Positions 49,010-61,880 of a DNA stretch of 64,000 bases are shown here, one piece after another. The first letter of the stretch is position 1. The number at the start of each line of letters is the position of its first letter. Under the pieces are notes generated by a model that saw nothing but the letters and a program-made list of their open reading frames with translations, was not told the DNA's origin and searched no databases. Position numbers and translations under genes: made by a program. The DNA is from Octopus bimaculoides (taxonomy: Eukaryota). The stretch spans positions 10,238,217-10,302,216 of the forward strand of contig NC_068997.1 in NCBI RefSeq assembly GCF_001194135.2, written 5' to 3'.

Positions 49010-50654
49010 TACAATAACAAATATTCACCAGACAAGAATTATATTTGCTGAATATAAGTTCGAATATTTTTTAGTTCAAGCCTTCGTACAAATTAATCAT
49101 GTTACAAAAGTTTGTGAAAATGTTATCGGAAGCAGACATTCTCGACAAAAAAAAAAAAAAAAGGGATTTAAGGAATTATCGTTTAACCCCATGAAACAAG
49201 GGGTGCTAAATAGCAATCCTTAAGAGGCCCTTGCGATTACTAATAGTATTTACATATATTTTATTTTAGGTTTTACTTGGTATTCGTTTTAGGTACTTGC
49301 AGGTACTTAACAAATGCACTTGACAATTAAGATGGAGTGAGCAGCTGTCTTACACGTGTTGAGTGAAAACTATTTTAACGTAATGAATCATGCTTGCAAA
49401 AGTGCATGAAAGTTGACCCGATACTTCGGATTAACTTGCTAAAGCATGCACAACTGTTTCAATGAAGCTGCAAAAACAGAGCAAAAACAAACAAGCAAAA
49501 AAACAATACAATACAATAAAATAAGAGAAAATTAAAAATAAAATTACTCCAAAGAATCAAAAAGTAAAGACAAAAAACGACATAATACAAAAGAAAGAAA
49601 AAGTAAGCTTACGAAGTTTTAAAGTACATTTGCATTTTTTCAAATATTTCGTATATANNNNNNNNNNNNNNNNNNNNNNNNNNNNNNNNNNNNNNNNNNN
49701 NNNNNNNNNNNNNNNNNNNNNNNNNNNNNNNNNNNNNNNNNNNNNNNNNNNNNNNNNNNNNNNNNNNNNNNNNNNNNNNNNNNNNNNNNNNNNNNNNNNN
49801 NNNNNNNNNNNNNNNNNNNNNNNNNNNNNNNNNNNNNNNNNNNNNNNNNNNNNNNNNNNNNNNNNNNNNNNNNNNNNNNNNNNNNNNNNNNNNNNNNNNN
49901 NNNNNNNNNNNNNNNNNNNNNNNNNNNNNNNNNNNNNNNNNNNNNNNNNNNNNNNNNNNNNNNNNNNNNNNNNNNNNNNNNNNNNNNNNNNNNNNNNNNN
50001 NNNNNNNNNNNNNNNNNNNNNNNNNNNNNNNNNNNNNNNNNNNNNNNNNNNNNNNNNNNNNNNNNNNNNNNNNNNNNNNNNNNNNNNNNNNNNNNNNNNN
50101 NNNNNNNNNNNNNNNNNNNNNNNNNNNNNNNNNNNNNNNNNNNNNNNNNNNNNNNNNNNNNNNNNNNNNNNNNNNNNNNNNNNNNNNNNNNNNNNNNNNN
50201 NNNNNNNNNNNNNNNNNNNNNNNNNNNNNNNNNNNNNNNNNNNNNNNNNNNNNNNNNNNNNNNNNNNNNNNNNNNNNNNNNNNNNNNNNNNNNNNNNNNN
50301 NNNNNNNNNNNNNNNNNNNNNNNNNNNNNNNNNNNNNNNNNNNNNNNNNNNNNNNNNNNNNNNNNNNNNNNNNNNNNNNNNNNNNNNNNNNNNNNNNNNN
50401 NNNNNACCACCACCACCACCACCACCACCACCACCACCATCACCGCCACAATCATCATCATCATCATCACATAAAATGGCGCTAAAACTTAATTGCATTA
50501 GTTACAGATATATACTTGCACACGCACACACGCACTCACACAGATATGCACACACATGTACACACGCATGTACACACACACACTTTTACATAAATGAACA
50601 CACGTTTCCGTTAAAAGAAAAGAAAAACGGAGTACTCAATTTAAGTTATAGAGT

Positions 50655-50860
50655 AAGGCGGTGATTTTTGATAGAATCGTTAGCACGCCGAACAAAATGC
50701 TTAGCGGCATTTCGTATGTCTGCGTTCAAATTCCGCCGAGGTCACTTTTACCCCTCATCCTTTCGAGGTCTATAAAACAAGTACCAGTTGAGCACTGGGG
50801 TAGATGTAATCGACTTAACCCCACGTCGGATTGCTGGTATTATGCTAAAATCTGGAATCG
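50655..50860 (+). mobile_element. SINE family B
   Basis: AAGGCGGTG..AGAATCGTTAGCACGCCG head and body. Confidence 0.75.
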
Positions 50861-51096
50861 ATATGAGTTGTAGAGTATATTCAGGTACACGTGCTAGTAT
50901 GTATATAGACTGGCATAAACGTATATACACATTTGAATGATTACTAAATATATGTTTAAGAGTATATCTATGTATATATAGATGGCGCTCTATTCCATCG
51001 TTACAAAGAGTATCTTGTCCGCTGTGACCACAATTTCTGTCCTGTCACTTGAAGAACAATAAAAAGGCCTAGAATTTTAGGAAAGGAATAGTCGAT

Positions 51097-51385
51097 TATT
51101 GTTGTTGGCACTCCGTCGCTTACGACGTCGAGGGTTCCAGTTGATCCGATCAACGGAACAGCCTGCTCGTGAAATTAACGTGCAAGTGGCTGAGCACTCC
51201 ACAGACACGTGTATCCTTAACGTAGTTCTCGGGGATATTCAGCGCGACACAGTGTGACAAGGCTGGCCCTTTGAATTTCAGGCACAACAGAAACAGGAAG
51301 TAAGAGTGAGAGAAAGTTGTTATGAAAGAGTACAGCAGGGTTCGCCACCATCCCCTGCCGGAGCCTCGTGGAACTTTAGGTGTTT
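51097..51385 (-). mobile_element. SINE family C, cut by gap
   Basis: Reverse complement of the 48694 copy. Confidence 0.8.
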
Positions 51386-51954
51386 NNNNNNNNNNNNNNN
51401 NNNNNNNNNNNNNNNNNNNNNNNNNNNNNNNNNNNNNNNNNNNNNNNNNNNNNNNNNNNNNNNNNNNNNNNNNNNNNNNNNNNNNNNNNNNNNNNNNNNN
51501 NNNNNNNNNNNNNNNNNNNNNNNNNNNNNNNNNNNNNNNNNNNNNNNNNNNNNNNNNNNNNNNNNNNNNNNNNNNNNNNNNNNNNNNNNNNNNNNNNNNN
51601 NNNNNNNNNNNNNNNNNNNNNNNNNNNNNNNNNNNNNNNNNNNNNNNNNNNNNNNNNNNNNNNNNNNNNNNNNNNNNNNNNNNNNNNNNNNNNNNNNNNN
51701 NNNNNNNNNNNNNNNNNNNNNNNNNNNNNNNNNNNNNNNNNNNNNNNNNNNNNNNNNNNNNNNNNNNNNNNNNNNNNNNNNNNNNNNNNNNNNNNNNNNN
51801 NNNNNNNNNNNNNNNNNNNNNNNNNNNNNNNNNNNNNNNNNNNNNNNNNNNNNNNNNNNNNNNNNNNNNNNNNNNNNNNNNNNNNNNNATATACTGCCGA
51901 GCATTTAATCCGGAGCGCTAGCTGTTCTACGAGCTCGACAGTTTAAATAATATT

Positions 51955-52262
51955 AATGGTTGAGAAATTTGTTGGAGAAATTGGGATTGACATAAGGGTA
52001 GAACATGCTCAAAACTGTTTTATTGAGGATTTTGAGAGTGGTACTTGGATGTTAAGTATTGTGGAAAGAGATCTTGTGAGACCCTTGAAAACAAGTTGTC
52101 CGCTCTTACAAAATTAAAAGTAATAAGTGAAATGGAGAACTCTGAGAAGTGGGGCTTCTGATCTTAACTGGTTCGAAGTGTTATCATGTACATGTTTTGT
52201 CTTGGTGTAAAAGATGGGCTACAACAAATATTCTGCTCAATACCATCGATTTGCATGTCAGT
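51955..52262 (+). mobile_element. 3' fragment of RLE-type (R4/Dong/NeSL-like) LINE
   Basis: VEKFVGEIGIDIRVEHAQ(fs)KTVLLRILRVVLGC* matches the RLE-LINE C-terminal QKxxLLGTARILRxVL pattern. Confidence 0.5.
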
Positions 52263-52994
52263 TCTGTAAAATAAAATTATTCTGTAAAATAATATTTAAT
52301 TAGTTTAAATGTACACAAATGCATAAAAATAATTTTTAATTACATTAGACATTCTAAAATGCTATTAAATTTCATTCAATTTTAGAAAAAAGGTAAAACC
52401 GGACAGAACTTATGGGATGACCTGGTTCTTCTCTCTAGCAGATATTTTCCCTTCGATCCATCTAGAGTCATTTCCCTTGTCTTAAGTATCAATCACGTTT
52501 TAAAGTTTCTGTTATACGGGGCAATGCGAGATCAAAACGTGATTTGAGCTGTTTCTGCTAACGTTCATGTATTTTCTTTTGAATTTGATTCTGACATCAC
52601 CGTCTGACAACCTATGTGAATTTTCCGCGATACGAAACTGCAGTCAACCAATTTGAATACACTCTCTATTCTTTCTTTACTCCGTGAATACAATTACTGT
52701 ACACACACACAAACTCTCTCTCTCTCACACACTCTCACATACACACACTCAAACACACACATTTATATATAAAGATACATATGCATGTACACACATATAA
52801 CATACACACACTCACACAGAAGGAGATAGAGGTGGAAGGAGAAGGAAAGAGATAGACAGGTAGGCAGGCAGGCAGGTAGGTAAGTAGGTAGGTCGGTAGG
52901 TAGGAATGTAGGGTGTGAGGAAGGAAGAAAATTGCGAAGGGGAGGAACAAATACTGCAAGGCATCCGGCCCAGCATTCTTACAGTTCAGCTTAT

Positions 52995-53130
52995 CCATTG
53001 TCTTGGATTAGTATTTTATATATAGTATCCCCGAAAAGATGAAAGGCAAAGTCGACCTCGGTAGGAATTTGAACTCCAAACGTAAAGAACTGGAACAAAT
53101 ACCGCCGCCTAGTGACAGGTATTTCGTTAA
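52995..53130 (-). mobile_element. SINE family B
   Basis: CCCCGAAAAGATGAAAGGCAAAGTCGACCTCGG..GAATTTGAACTC. Confidence 0.7.
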
Positions 53131-53453
53131 ATGTAAAAATATCAGAAAAAAAAAAAACATAATTTGCAGCAAGAGAAACCAATTTCCTTTTTTAAAATAC
53201 AATTTTGTTGAAGAGGTCAGTTTTCTAATTTATTTTTACGAATTGTTGATTTCCAGTTCACATTCTAATTAAAATTTTCTTCTAATTGAAATGTCATTTT
53301 AATTTAATCAAATTTTTCCATTCTGCTAATGCAAATTAAATAGATTTTTGTCTCCAGATTTCAGTTACTGAAAACTACGCTAACCGCTTAAGAGCAATTG
53401 TCTCCCTTTAGGAGCCACTCTTCTCGATGAATAATCTTTCACAATATGAGGGG

Positions 53454-53919
53454 GAAAAGATACAAAAAGTACAAATGATATGCGGCCCATATGACATCAG
53501 AACAGTATTCAAGAGTAATACAACACTTCGCAAATATCTCCTTCGAATAAAACCACCAATAGAAGAGAATATGACCAAAGACTGCGTGTACTCCATCCCA
53601 AACAGCTTTGGTAGATTGTACAAAGGAAGGCGAAACATGCCGCCCCATCAAAATAAGGGTAGACGAACATCGCAAAGCTGTGACACGATGAGATATTGAT
53701 AAATCGGGTATAGCTGATCATGTATGGAAAAATGGAGACAACCTCCACCTGTGGGATGAAGTTAAAATAATAGACAGAGAACACCACTGGAAAATATGAA
53801 AACTAAAAGAAGCAGCACATGTGCTAGGACACAACAACATCCTAAGCAGACCAAGTGCGGATATGAGCAGCATATGGGAACCGGTATTAAGGAAGGATAG
53901 GAAAATATTAGATTTATAA
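53454..53919 (+). mobile_element. Penelope-like element, GIY-YIG endonuclease C-terminus (pseudogenised)
   Basis: CVYSIP..GRLYK(fs)GETCRPIKIRVDEHRK..SGIADHVW..WDEVKIIDRE..KLKEA; one frameshift and two TGA stops; ORF ends 53919. Confidence 0.85.
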
Positions 53920-53948
53920 GCCCTAAAATTCGCTCCTTAATTGCCCAC

Positions 53949-54165
53949 GGGCATATGGCGTAGTGGTTAAGAGCGCGGGTTACTAACCTCAAGATTCCGA
54001 GTTCGATTCCAATAATAATAACAGTAATAACATCGAAAAATACCTTAGGAATGAGAGCCAGGTTCGAAATTTCCCCAAGACACCTGGAAGGTATATCAGC
54101 CGAAACGTTGTGTTAACAACAAACAAGATGAGGACAAATATCCTTCGAATGTAAATAATGTAAAT
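53949..54165 (+). mobile_element. tRNA-like Pol III head + (TAA)n + hammerhead-like remnant, contiguous with the Penelope ORF
   Basis: A-box TGGCGTAGTGG (53956-53966), B-box GAGTTCGATTCC (53999-54010), GACAC..CAGCCGAAACGTTGTGTT (54079-54114). Confidence 0.65.
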
Positions 54166-54168
54166 ATT

Positions 54169-54270
54169 GTAAAGATTTCAGCCTTGAAGATGAAGATGAA
54201 GATCGAACAGGACGTCCTGTTGAGTTTGATGATAAGCTCCTTGAGGCATTACTTGAAGAAATCGTTTTGC
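54169..54270 (+). mobile_element. mariner transposase fragment
   Basis: KDFSLEDEDEDRTGRPVEFDDKLLEALLEE (cf. GDFSLED.PRSGRP). Confidence 0.7.
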
Positions 54271-54859
54271 ACGCAATCATCTAGTACTCGAATATTTCTG
54301 ACTTGTGAAGTTATGTCAAACAACTGCTATCGCGTATTGGACAAATTTTATCAGATATAGGATGAATTGAACGCGGCGCTTCAGGTAACTCTTATGCCTA
54401 TCAGTCAGTCAATCTGTTCCGAGTTTGTTTAAACATTGGGCGTTAGTTCTCCAGCGTTGATGTATTTCTTCTCGTGTTACACCAATATCTGATAACAGTC
54501 TCTCTGGCTTTGCTGAACGCTATGTCGCTATATGATGTTTAGAGTTTCCTGTCTTCTCTTTTGTCTTGTGGCCAATTGCATAAACAGATTTACGACTATT
54601 TCATGTTTTGTCAAATATTTCAGAACTAAAATAATTTACCTTTGCCACCCTCACTAATATATGTCACAGTCCCAGTCTAAAGGTTAGAATCACTGTCTTA
54701 TGTATAGTCACTCATAGATATAGCTTTATACTTTTGCGTCATAAACTAGCTAACTGTGCATCGCCTTACGTACCCGTCTCTTCATTTCGTCACCCTTATT
54801 ACAATCACTCACCCATCCTAAGCACACTTTCTAATTGAGCCAGTGAGGGAATCTCATCA

Positions 54860-55850
54860 TGGTCATTCGATATGCTGGAAATACCAATCAATTCTCCCTC
54901 AATAGTACACTATTCTGTTTTAAAATAAGACAGGATACATGAGCTAATGTGCTTCTAGCTACATCAACAAAAATGGTTTGGTCATCGCAGGAATGCGTTT
55001 GAAGATTGCTGTACTTGATCGGGGGGGGGGGGATCAGATGTAGAGAGTAATAGCTACAATAAACAAGAATCAGCTTGAGAACCCGAATGTGGTCGCTTGA
55101 ATTACTAGAAATGACTGTTAAACACCTCCCTCAAATAACACCCTGAAATGGAATGATGGTAGATACTTTCTATCTCAAAAACAAGAGCAAAATCGATGAG
55201 AATGTCATACTTGGAATGCTTTTCCTGATATCTCTATTTTATCAGAGCTGACCTGAAGCTATATAGTAATAGAAACCATAGTTAAAACATCGAGGGGCCA
55301 TTTATGTAGTCGCTTAGTCAGACAGAAATACCAGATTGAGCAGATTCCCTCAAATCACATCCTAACGTCTTAAACAAAGACGAAATAACCTAATAGATCA
55401 TATAGTCCTCTTGTGAAGGCTTGTAGCTTAGTGGTTAGATCATTCAACTCATGATCGTAGGGTCGTGAGTTCGATTCTCGGCAGCACGTTGTGTCCTTGA
55501 ACAAGACACTTTATTTCACAATGCTTCAATCAATTCAGCTGGCAAAAATGAGTAGTACCTGTATTTCAAAGGGCCAGCTTTGTCACATTCTGTGTGACGT
55601 TGAATCTCCCTGAGAACTTCATTAAGGGTACGAGAGGCTGTGGAGTACTCAGCTACTTGCAGGCTAATTTCACGAGCAGGGTGTTCTGTCGATCGGATCA
55701 ACCTGAACCCTCGTCGTCGTTAAGCGACGGAATGCCAATTATATAGTCCTAGATCCTAACAAACATACTGGACGGTCACGACTGGAACACTTTTCATCAT
55801 TGGCTTACTCTTTTCTGTCAAGCCTGGCCTTGACAGCTGAAGAACAACAA
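54860..55850 (+). repeat. three tandem family D repeats, the last interrupted by a SINE
   Basis: (TA)GAAAT..CAA.T.CCCTCAAAT..CAC.CT and GGTCA..CTGGAA(T/C) motifs repeated three times. Confidence 0.55.
55410..55740 (+). mobile_element. full-length tRNA-derived SINE (family C-related) with 10-bp TSD
   Basis: A-box TAGCTTAGTGG, B-box GAGTTCGATTCTC, CORE-like centre; TSD ATATAGTCCT at 55400-55409 and 55741-55750. Confidence 0.88.
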
Positions 55851-55882
55851 AAACAAAGAACAAAATTGCATCCATATTAAAT

Positions 55883-56420
55883 CATCATCATCGTTTAACG
55901 TCCGCTTTCCATGCTAGCATGGGTTGGACGATTTGACTGAGGACTGGTGAAACCGGATGGCAACGCCAGGCTCCAATCTAATTTGGCAGAGTTTCTACAG
56001 CTGGATGCCCTCCCTAACGCCAACCACTCAGAGAGTGTAGTGGGTGCTTTTACGTGTCACCCGCACGAAAACGGCCACGCTCAAAATGGTGCATCTCATG
56101 TGCCACCCGCACAAGAGCCAGTCCAGGGGCACTGGCAACGATCTTACTTGGCTTGCCGGGTCTTCTCACGCACAGCACATTTCCAAAGGTCTCGGTCAGT
56201 AGTCATCGCCTCGGTGAGGCCCAATGTACGAAGGTCTTGCCTCACCACCTCAGCCCAGGTCTTCCTGGGCCTACCTCTTCCACGGGTTCCCTCAACTGTT
56301 AGGGTGTGGCACTTTTTCACGCAGCTATCCTCATCCATTCTCACCACATGTCCATACCAGCGCAATCGTCTCTCTTGCACACCACAACTGATGCTTCTAA
56401 TGTTCAGCTTTTCTCTCAAG
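55883..56420 (-). mobile_element. 5'-truncated RTE-clade LINE 3' end
   Basis: ERRLRWYGHVVRM..VEGTRGRGRPRKTW.EVVRQDL..DRDLWK; stop 56144-56146; 3' UTR ends in (GAT)n. Confidence 0.9.
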
Positions 56421-57154
56421 ATACTTAAATATAATTATTAATTCTTTTCTACTTAGCGTTACCCATACTCTATTTGCAGACATTAGAATACAAATGCTAG
56501 AGTTAAATATAATTTAGACTTAATTATCAACTAATTAGTAGTCTCAGAGGTTCTTTAGAGAAGAAGAAACAGCTTTTCCTTCACAGAGCTTATTCCTTCT
56601 GAACTCACTTACTGTCGGCTTGCAGACAACAATATGAAAAACATTTACATCGAGATAAACACCAACATTAAGATTTGAGTAGCCAAAGTGTGTCTGCAAA
56701 GAACATTGGTATTGTAGCGAGAAAAGTGATGTATTTTTCTAAGGCAGAAAAATAAAGCGAGAAGAGATATCATATAAATATTAAACGTCAACCCCGCTAC
56801 CCCCCAAAAACAAAACAAAAAACAAACAAGGTGTGTATATGTGTATAAAATTTGTTTTATTCTGAAACAATAGGGAAAAAATCATAATTTAGGACTTTTT
56901 ATATAATTGTACGAAACTTTAAAAAAAATTTATTTAAATTCTTCAAGAAATGGAAATTTATAATTCTTACGAAATATTTTCAAGTTATAATACAATGAAA
57001 GCTCATGGAATAATGTCTCTATATTTACATACATACATATATACACACATATATATATATATATACATACATACGTATGCATGTATGTATGTTTTTGTGA
57101 TTGTGTGTGTAGTGCTTATGTATTATAAATGTATATATAATGTTATGCATGAAT

Positions 57155-57217
<63 letters not shown>

Positions 57218-58343
57218 CATACGTATACATATACTTTTATAAACATTTAATGTAGGATTAAATACTATATAACATATATTTGAAGAAAACGTATCAGTTC
57301 AACAGTATTTTGAATGGTTTAGAGAAAGCTCATTCGTCTTAAGTGATAGTTTAATGGTTGAAGAAAGAACTCACGTTGAAAGCAACTCAAGCGAAGAGAT
57401 GTAACCGTTGAATTACTTGCTTCGATAATATTTTGATTAGCTAGCCATGAGTCCATCATAATGACAATATATGATAAATATAATTTGGTTTATATAATAT
57501 ATACATTAGTATAGATTTAATAAATAATATATATATAATATATGCATAAATTTTTTCATATGAACGTATGTATATACACGTGAATTTATGTGTGTTGCGC
57601 CCAGATTAGGTTTGTATTAGAGAAGCGTGCATATATATATATATATATANNNNNNNNNNNNNNNNNNNNNNNNNNNNNNNNNNNNNNNNNNNNNNNNNNN
57701 NNNNNNNNNNNNNNNNNNNNNNNNNNNNNNNNNNNNNNNNNNNNNNNNNNNNNNNNNNNNNNNNNNNNNNNNNNNNNNNNNNNNNNNNNNNNNNNNNNNN
57801 NNNNNNNNNNNNNNNNNNNNNNNNNNNNNNNNNNNNNNNNNNNNNNNNNNNNNNNNNNNNNNNNNNNNNNNNNNNNNNNNNNNNNNNNNNNNNNNNNNNN
57901 NNNNNNNNNNNNNNNNNNNNNNNNNNNNNNNNNNNNNNNNNNNNNNNNNNNNNNNNNNNNNNNNNNNNNNNNNNNNNNNNNNNNNNNNNNNNNNNNNNNN
58001 NNNNNNNNNNNNNNNNNNNNNNNNNNNNNNNNNNNNNNNNNNNNNNNNNNNNNNNNNNNNNNNNNNNNNNNNNNNNNNNNNNNNNNNNNNNNNNNNNNNN
58101 NNNNNNNNNNNNNNNNNNNNNNNNNNNNNNNNNNNNNNNNNNNNNNNNNNNNNNNNNNNNNNNNNNNNNNNNNNNNNNNNNNNNNNNNNNNNNNNNNNNN
58201 NNNNNNNNNNNNNNNNNNNNNNNNNNNNNNNNNNNNNNNNNNNNNNNNNNNNNNNNNNNNNNNNNNNNNNNNNNNNNNNNNNNNNNNNNNNNNNNNNNNN
58301 NNNNNNNNNNNNNNNNNNNNNNNNNNNNNNNNNNNNNNNNNNN

Positions 58344-58405
<62 letters not shown>

Positions 58406-59381
58406 GCACCGTACATATCTGTATGAGCGCATGTATGTAAAATTACCAGTGTAAAGTAGATCAATTATTTTTGAGAATCAATGTATTACCGTGACATTTA
58501 TGAATTCTCTGAAGATCACTGAGTGACTCATACTTGAGGGCAGGGACGAGGATCCACCCAGATATCGTAAATCCATGCTGACTTCATTTGCAGAAACCTT
58601 AAGCTGTGGTCTTTCCCGCTTCAAATGACGTAACATTTTGTCACCTTTGTCTCTCGTTGTCTGTTTTGAAACCAGTTTTTAAATCATTTTTCACGCAACT
58701 TCGTTTCTAAATCACAAATTTGTTTTCTTCATTTTAATTGGCTGCATTGGTCGTTCTATATTCACCACATTATACACTATCTTTTATTCCACCCCACATA
58801 TTCCATCCATCCATCCATCCATTGTTCTTTCGTGCACACACACATACATGCACACACACATATATATGCATACATACATACATACATATATATCTATATC
58901 TATCTATCTATATATATNNNNNNNNNNNNNNNNNNNNNNNNNNNNNNNNNNNNNNNNNNNNNNNNNNNNNNNNNNNNNNNNNNNNNNNNNNNNNNNNNNN
59001 NNNNNNNNNNNNNNNNNNNNNNNNNNNNNNNNNNNNNNNNNNNNNNNNNNNNNNNNNNNNNNNNNNNNNNNNNNNNNNNNNNNNNNNNNNNNNNNNNNNN
59101 NATATATATATATGTATATATATATGTATATATATATGTATATATATATGTATATATATATAAGTATGTATGTATGTATGTATGTATGTATGTATGTATG
59201 TATGTATGTATACACACACACACACACACATATACACACCTTTCTCACACTAATATCACAGATATGATGAAAGTTAAATTGATTAACGATCATTTTGTTT
59301 GAGGAAACAAAAAAAAATGAAAAACATAAAAGGAAACTAAAAGAAAGTTCCAAATAAATAGATAAAAAATATTCGTAGAAA

Positions 59382-59507
59382 TTAAGATGTTGAATCAATT
59401 GGACAATCAATAAATTTGAACTTCATGTCTGTAGGTGGATGGTGTTGTAATTCGGAAACAATTTCGAAAGAATCTGTCGGATATTGTACGGAATATTTCG
59501 ATAAAAT
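59382..59507 (-). CDS. mitochondrial-clan cytochrome P450, terminal exon
   Basis: Strong acceptor TTCTTCTTTTATTTTTACAG; phase 0; ILSKYSVQYPTDSFEIVSELQHHPPTDMKFKFIDCPIDSTS*. Confidence 0.75.
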   Translation of the reverse strand: MLSKYSVQYPTDSFEIVSELQHHPPTDMKFKFIDCPIDSTS

Positions 59508-59757
59508 CTGTAAAAATAAAAGAAGAAACACAAACAATAATTATTAATGTAAATAACTAAAATTTAAACGATCACATCAAATATACATTGCATACAGATA
59601 AGGAGAAAGACTCCGATGTGTGTGTGTGTGTTAAATAATGGAATTTATCTTGAAGTTTTTAGCTACAGTTGTTTCTATACGACTTATGGAATACATTTCG
59701 TAAATATAAAAAATAATATGAACATAATGAATTCGTAATACATACATAGATATGCAC

Positions 59758-59867
<110 letters not shown>

Positions 59868-59919
59868 TCTCTCTGTCTCTCTCTCTTGTATGAATTAGTT
59901 ATATTAATATTAAGAAATT

Positions 59920-60100
59920 AAAGGGGAGGGGAAAATCGAGTACATCGACCTCAGTACTTGACTGGTAACTTATTTCAGCGACCACCAAAAGGTGAAAGGC
60001 AAAGTTAGCACCGTCGGTATTTGAGCAGAAAATGTGAAGAGCCAAAAGAAATGTTAAGAAATTTCACTGATTCAACCATTCTGCCATCTCAACGCCTTTC
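59920..60100 (-). mobile_element. SINE family B, degenerate (in CYP intron)
   Basis: ACATCGACCTCAGTACTTGACTGGTA..GGTGAAAGGCAAAGTT. Confidence 0.6.
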
Positions 60101-60620
60101 TTACAACATTTGTAGGTCAATCAGAAAATGTATGAAAATGAATTAATTCAACTCTATACGTTATTTTCATATGACTGTTAACTGATATGTTTTGTGTGTG
60201 TGTGTGCGTGCGTGGGGAGGAGTGTGTGTGCGTGTGTGTGTGTGTGTGTATATATGTACATACACATACATATAATTAAAGAGAAAACTTAGTTAATGTT
60301 TGACACCATTAAACATTTTCAAGAAGTATAGAGAGAGGGTTAACTTTCTTTAAATACTTTTTTTACTAAATATTATTTGATTACGTGTCAGTTGAAGATA
60401 TTTTATCTCTATAGCAAGAATGTTTTTCTCTTTTATTTTATTTATTTATTTATCTATGTATTTATTTACGCAAAATACTTCTAACACATTTTTTCTTGCT
60501 AGAAACCAAACGCGAAGGGAAATTTCTTTTCTTTTTTTCTTTTAAAGATGAATAATGTATTTAAATTTACTTTCTCTTACTTTCTATATTTCGGTACGTT
60601 TCTTAAACAAATATACTTAC

Positions 60621-60827
60621 TTTAATAATGAATAAATAAGTTTCTGTGAGTGCAAGTCGTTTTCCCAAACAACTTCTCGGCCCGAAGCCGAATTGCATTA
60701 CAGTGAACGGATGGGTGATTTCCCTTTCTTCCGAATCTCTTATCCATCTATTTGGTTTAAATTCTGTTGCATTTTCAAAGTATTCGTCGCTCATTGCCGG
60801 CCATATATGATGCATTTTTACGTATGT
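60621..60827 (-). CDS. mitochondrial-clan cytochrome P450, heme-binding exon (207 nt)
   Basis: AG acceptor at 60829-60828, GTAAGT donor at 60620; TYVKMHHIW..FKPNRW..QFGFGPRSCLGKRLA..IIK with the FxxGxRxCxG heme motif. Confidence 0.92.
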
Positions 60828-61159
60828 CTAATAAATAATAAGAAAAAGAATAAATAATATTTTCTTTAAGAATTTTAACAGTAAAACATAAAAAACAAAA
60901 TAAATGTAAACATTTAAAAAATTACCTAAGTAATACTGATGTATATTAAGATTTAACAAAAAGGCCCTAGTAGTATGTCTGTTTGAATGATGCGCACTAC
61001 TTGAATATTTTTTTTATATTGGTTCCGGCTTGATGAAGGGAAGACTGTCTTAACGAAATCAAACAACGCAAAGAAGTTACTAGTTTGAAGTACGAAAACA
61101 ATTCTTTGAACAAAACGAAACAAAATACAACTCCAACTTAAAACGATTTTATCTACGAC

Positions 61160-61880
61160 TAAGTAAAGATAGAACAGAAATCAATGGAGTACCAACAACG
61201 AGAGTGAAAGAATTGAGGGAAGGAGTATGGACAGCAAAAAGGAAAACTATCAAGTACGAAATAGTTTAAGACGACGAAGACAACATCATCTGCAAAGTTA
61301 ATTACGGGAGAGTGGAAGCATAATAGCTGGTGGAATCCAGATGCCGCAAAAGGCAAGTAAGCGGGTGTCACCTGAGCAAAATTTAAACTTCAAATTGAAA
61401 TATTGAAGAAGAGCACATAAGCTGCTAGCTGAGATGTTTAATAAGGTATTAATGAAGCTAAAGATATGAATGAGAGGAAAATCATCTTAATCTTAACTAT
61501 TAAGAGAAGAAACCGTAAAAACAGCACCTCCTACCTTAACTCCAATCAAACTATGCTGGCGGAAAGGGTAGGCATACGGTGAGCACAAAAACGAACGCTA
61601 GATAATCTAATCTTTGCAGATGATATTTGTATTACGTGCAAGACGTACACAGAGAGACGAACAGGCTAACAATGTTATCAGAGGAAACTAGACCGAGGAT
61701 TAACGTTGGCTAATCTGGGGGTCATCAAAATTTAGACCTATAAGCATGGTTCTGTTATAGCCGAAAAATCATACGTTGAACGAAGAGAAGCGCTTGGGTA
61801 TCTAGAAAACATTGTCTGCTACTTGAAATACAGGGGACATCGAAGCGAGATTCAGAAACGGGAAGCAATTGCTAAACAAT
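61160..61880 (+). mobile_element. degenerate LINE reverse-transcriptase fragment (RTE-like), antisense in CYP intron
   Basis: LDNLIFADDIC and YLENIV remnants. Confidence 0.5.

Noticed and set aside
53949-54010. Functional tRNA gene
   Set aside because: A and B boxes are present but there is no 3' acceptor-stem strand; it runs into (TAA)n. The same applies to the other SINE heads.
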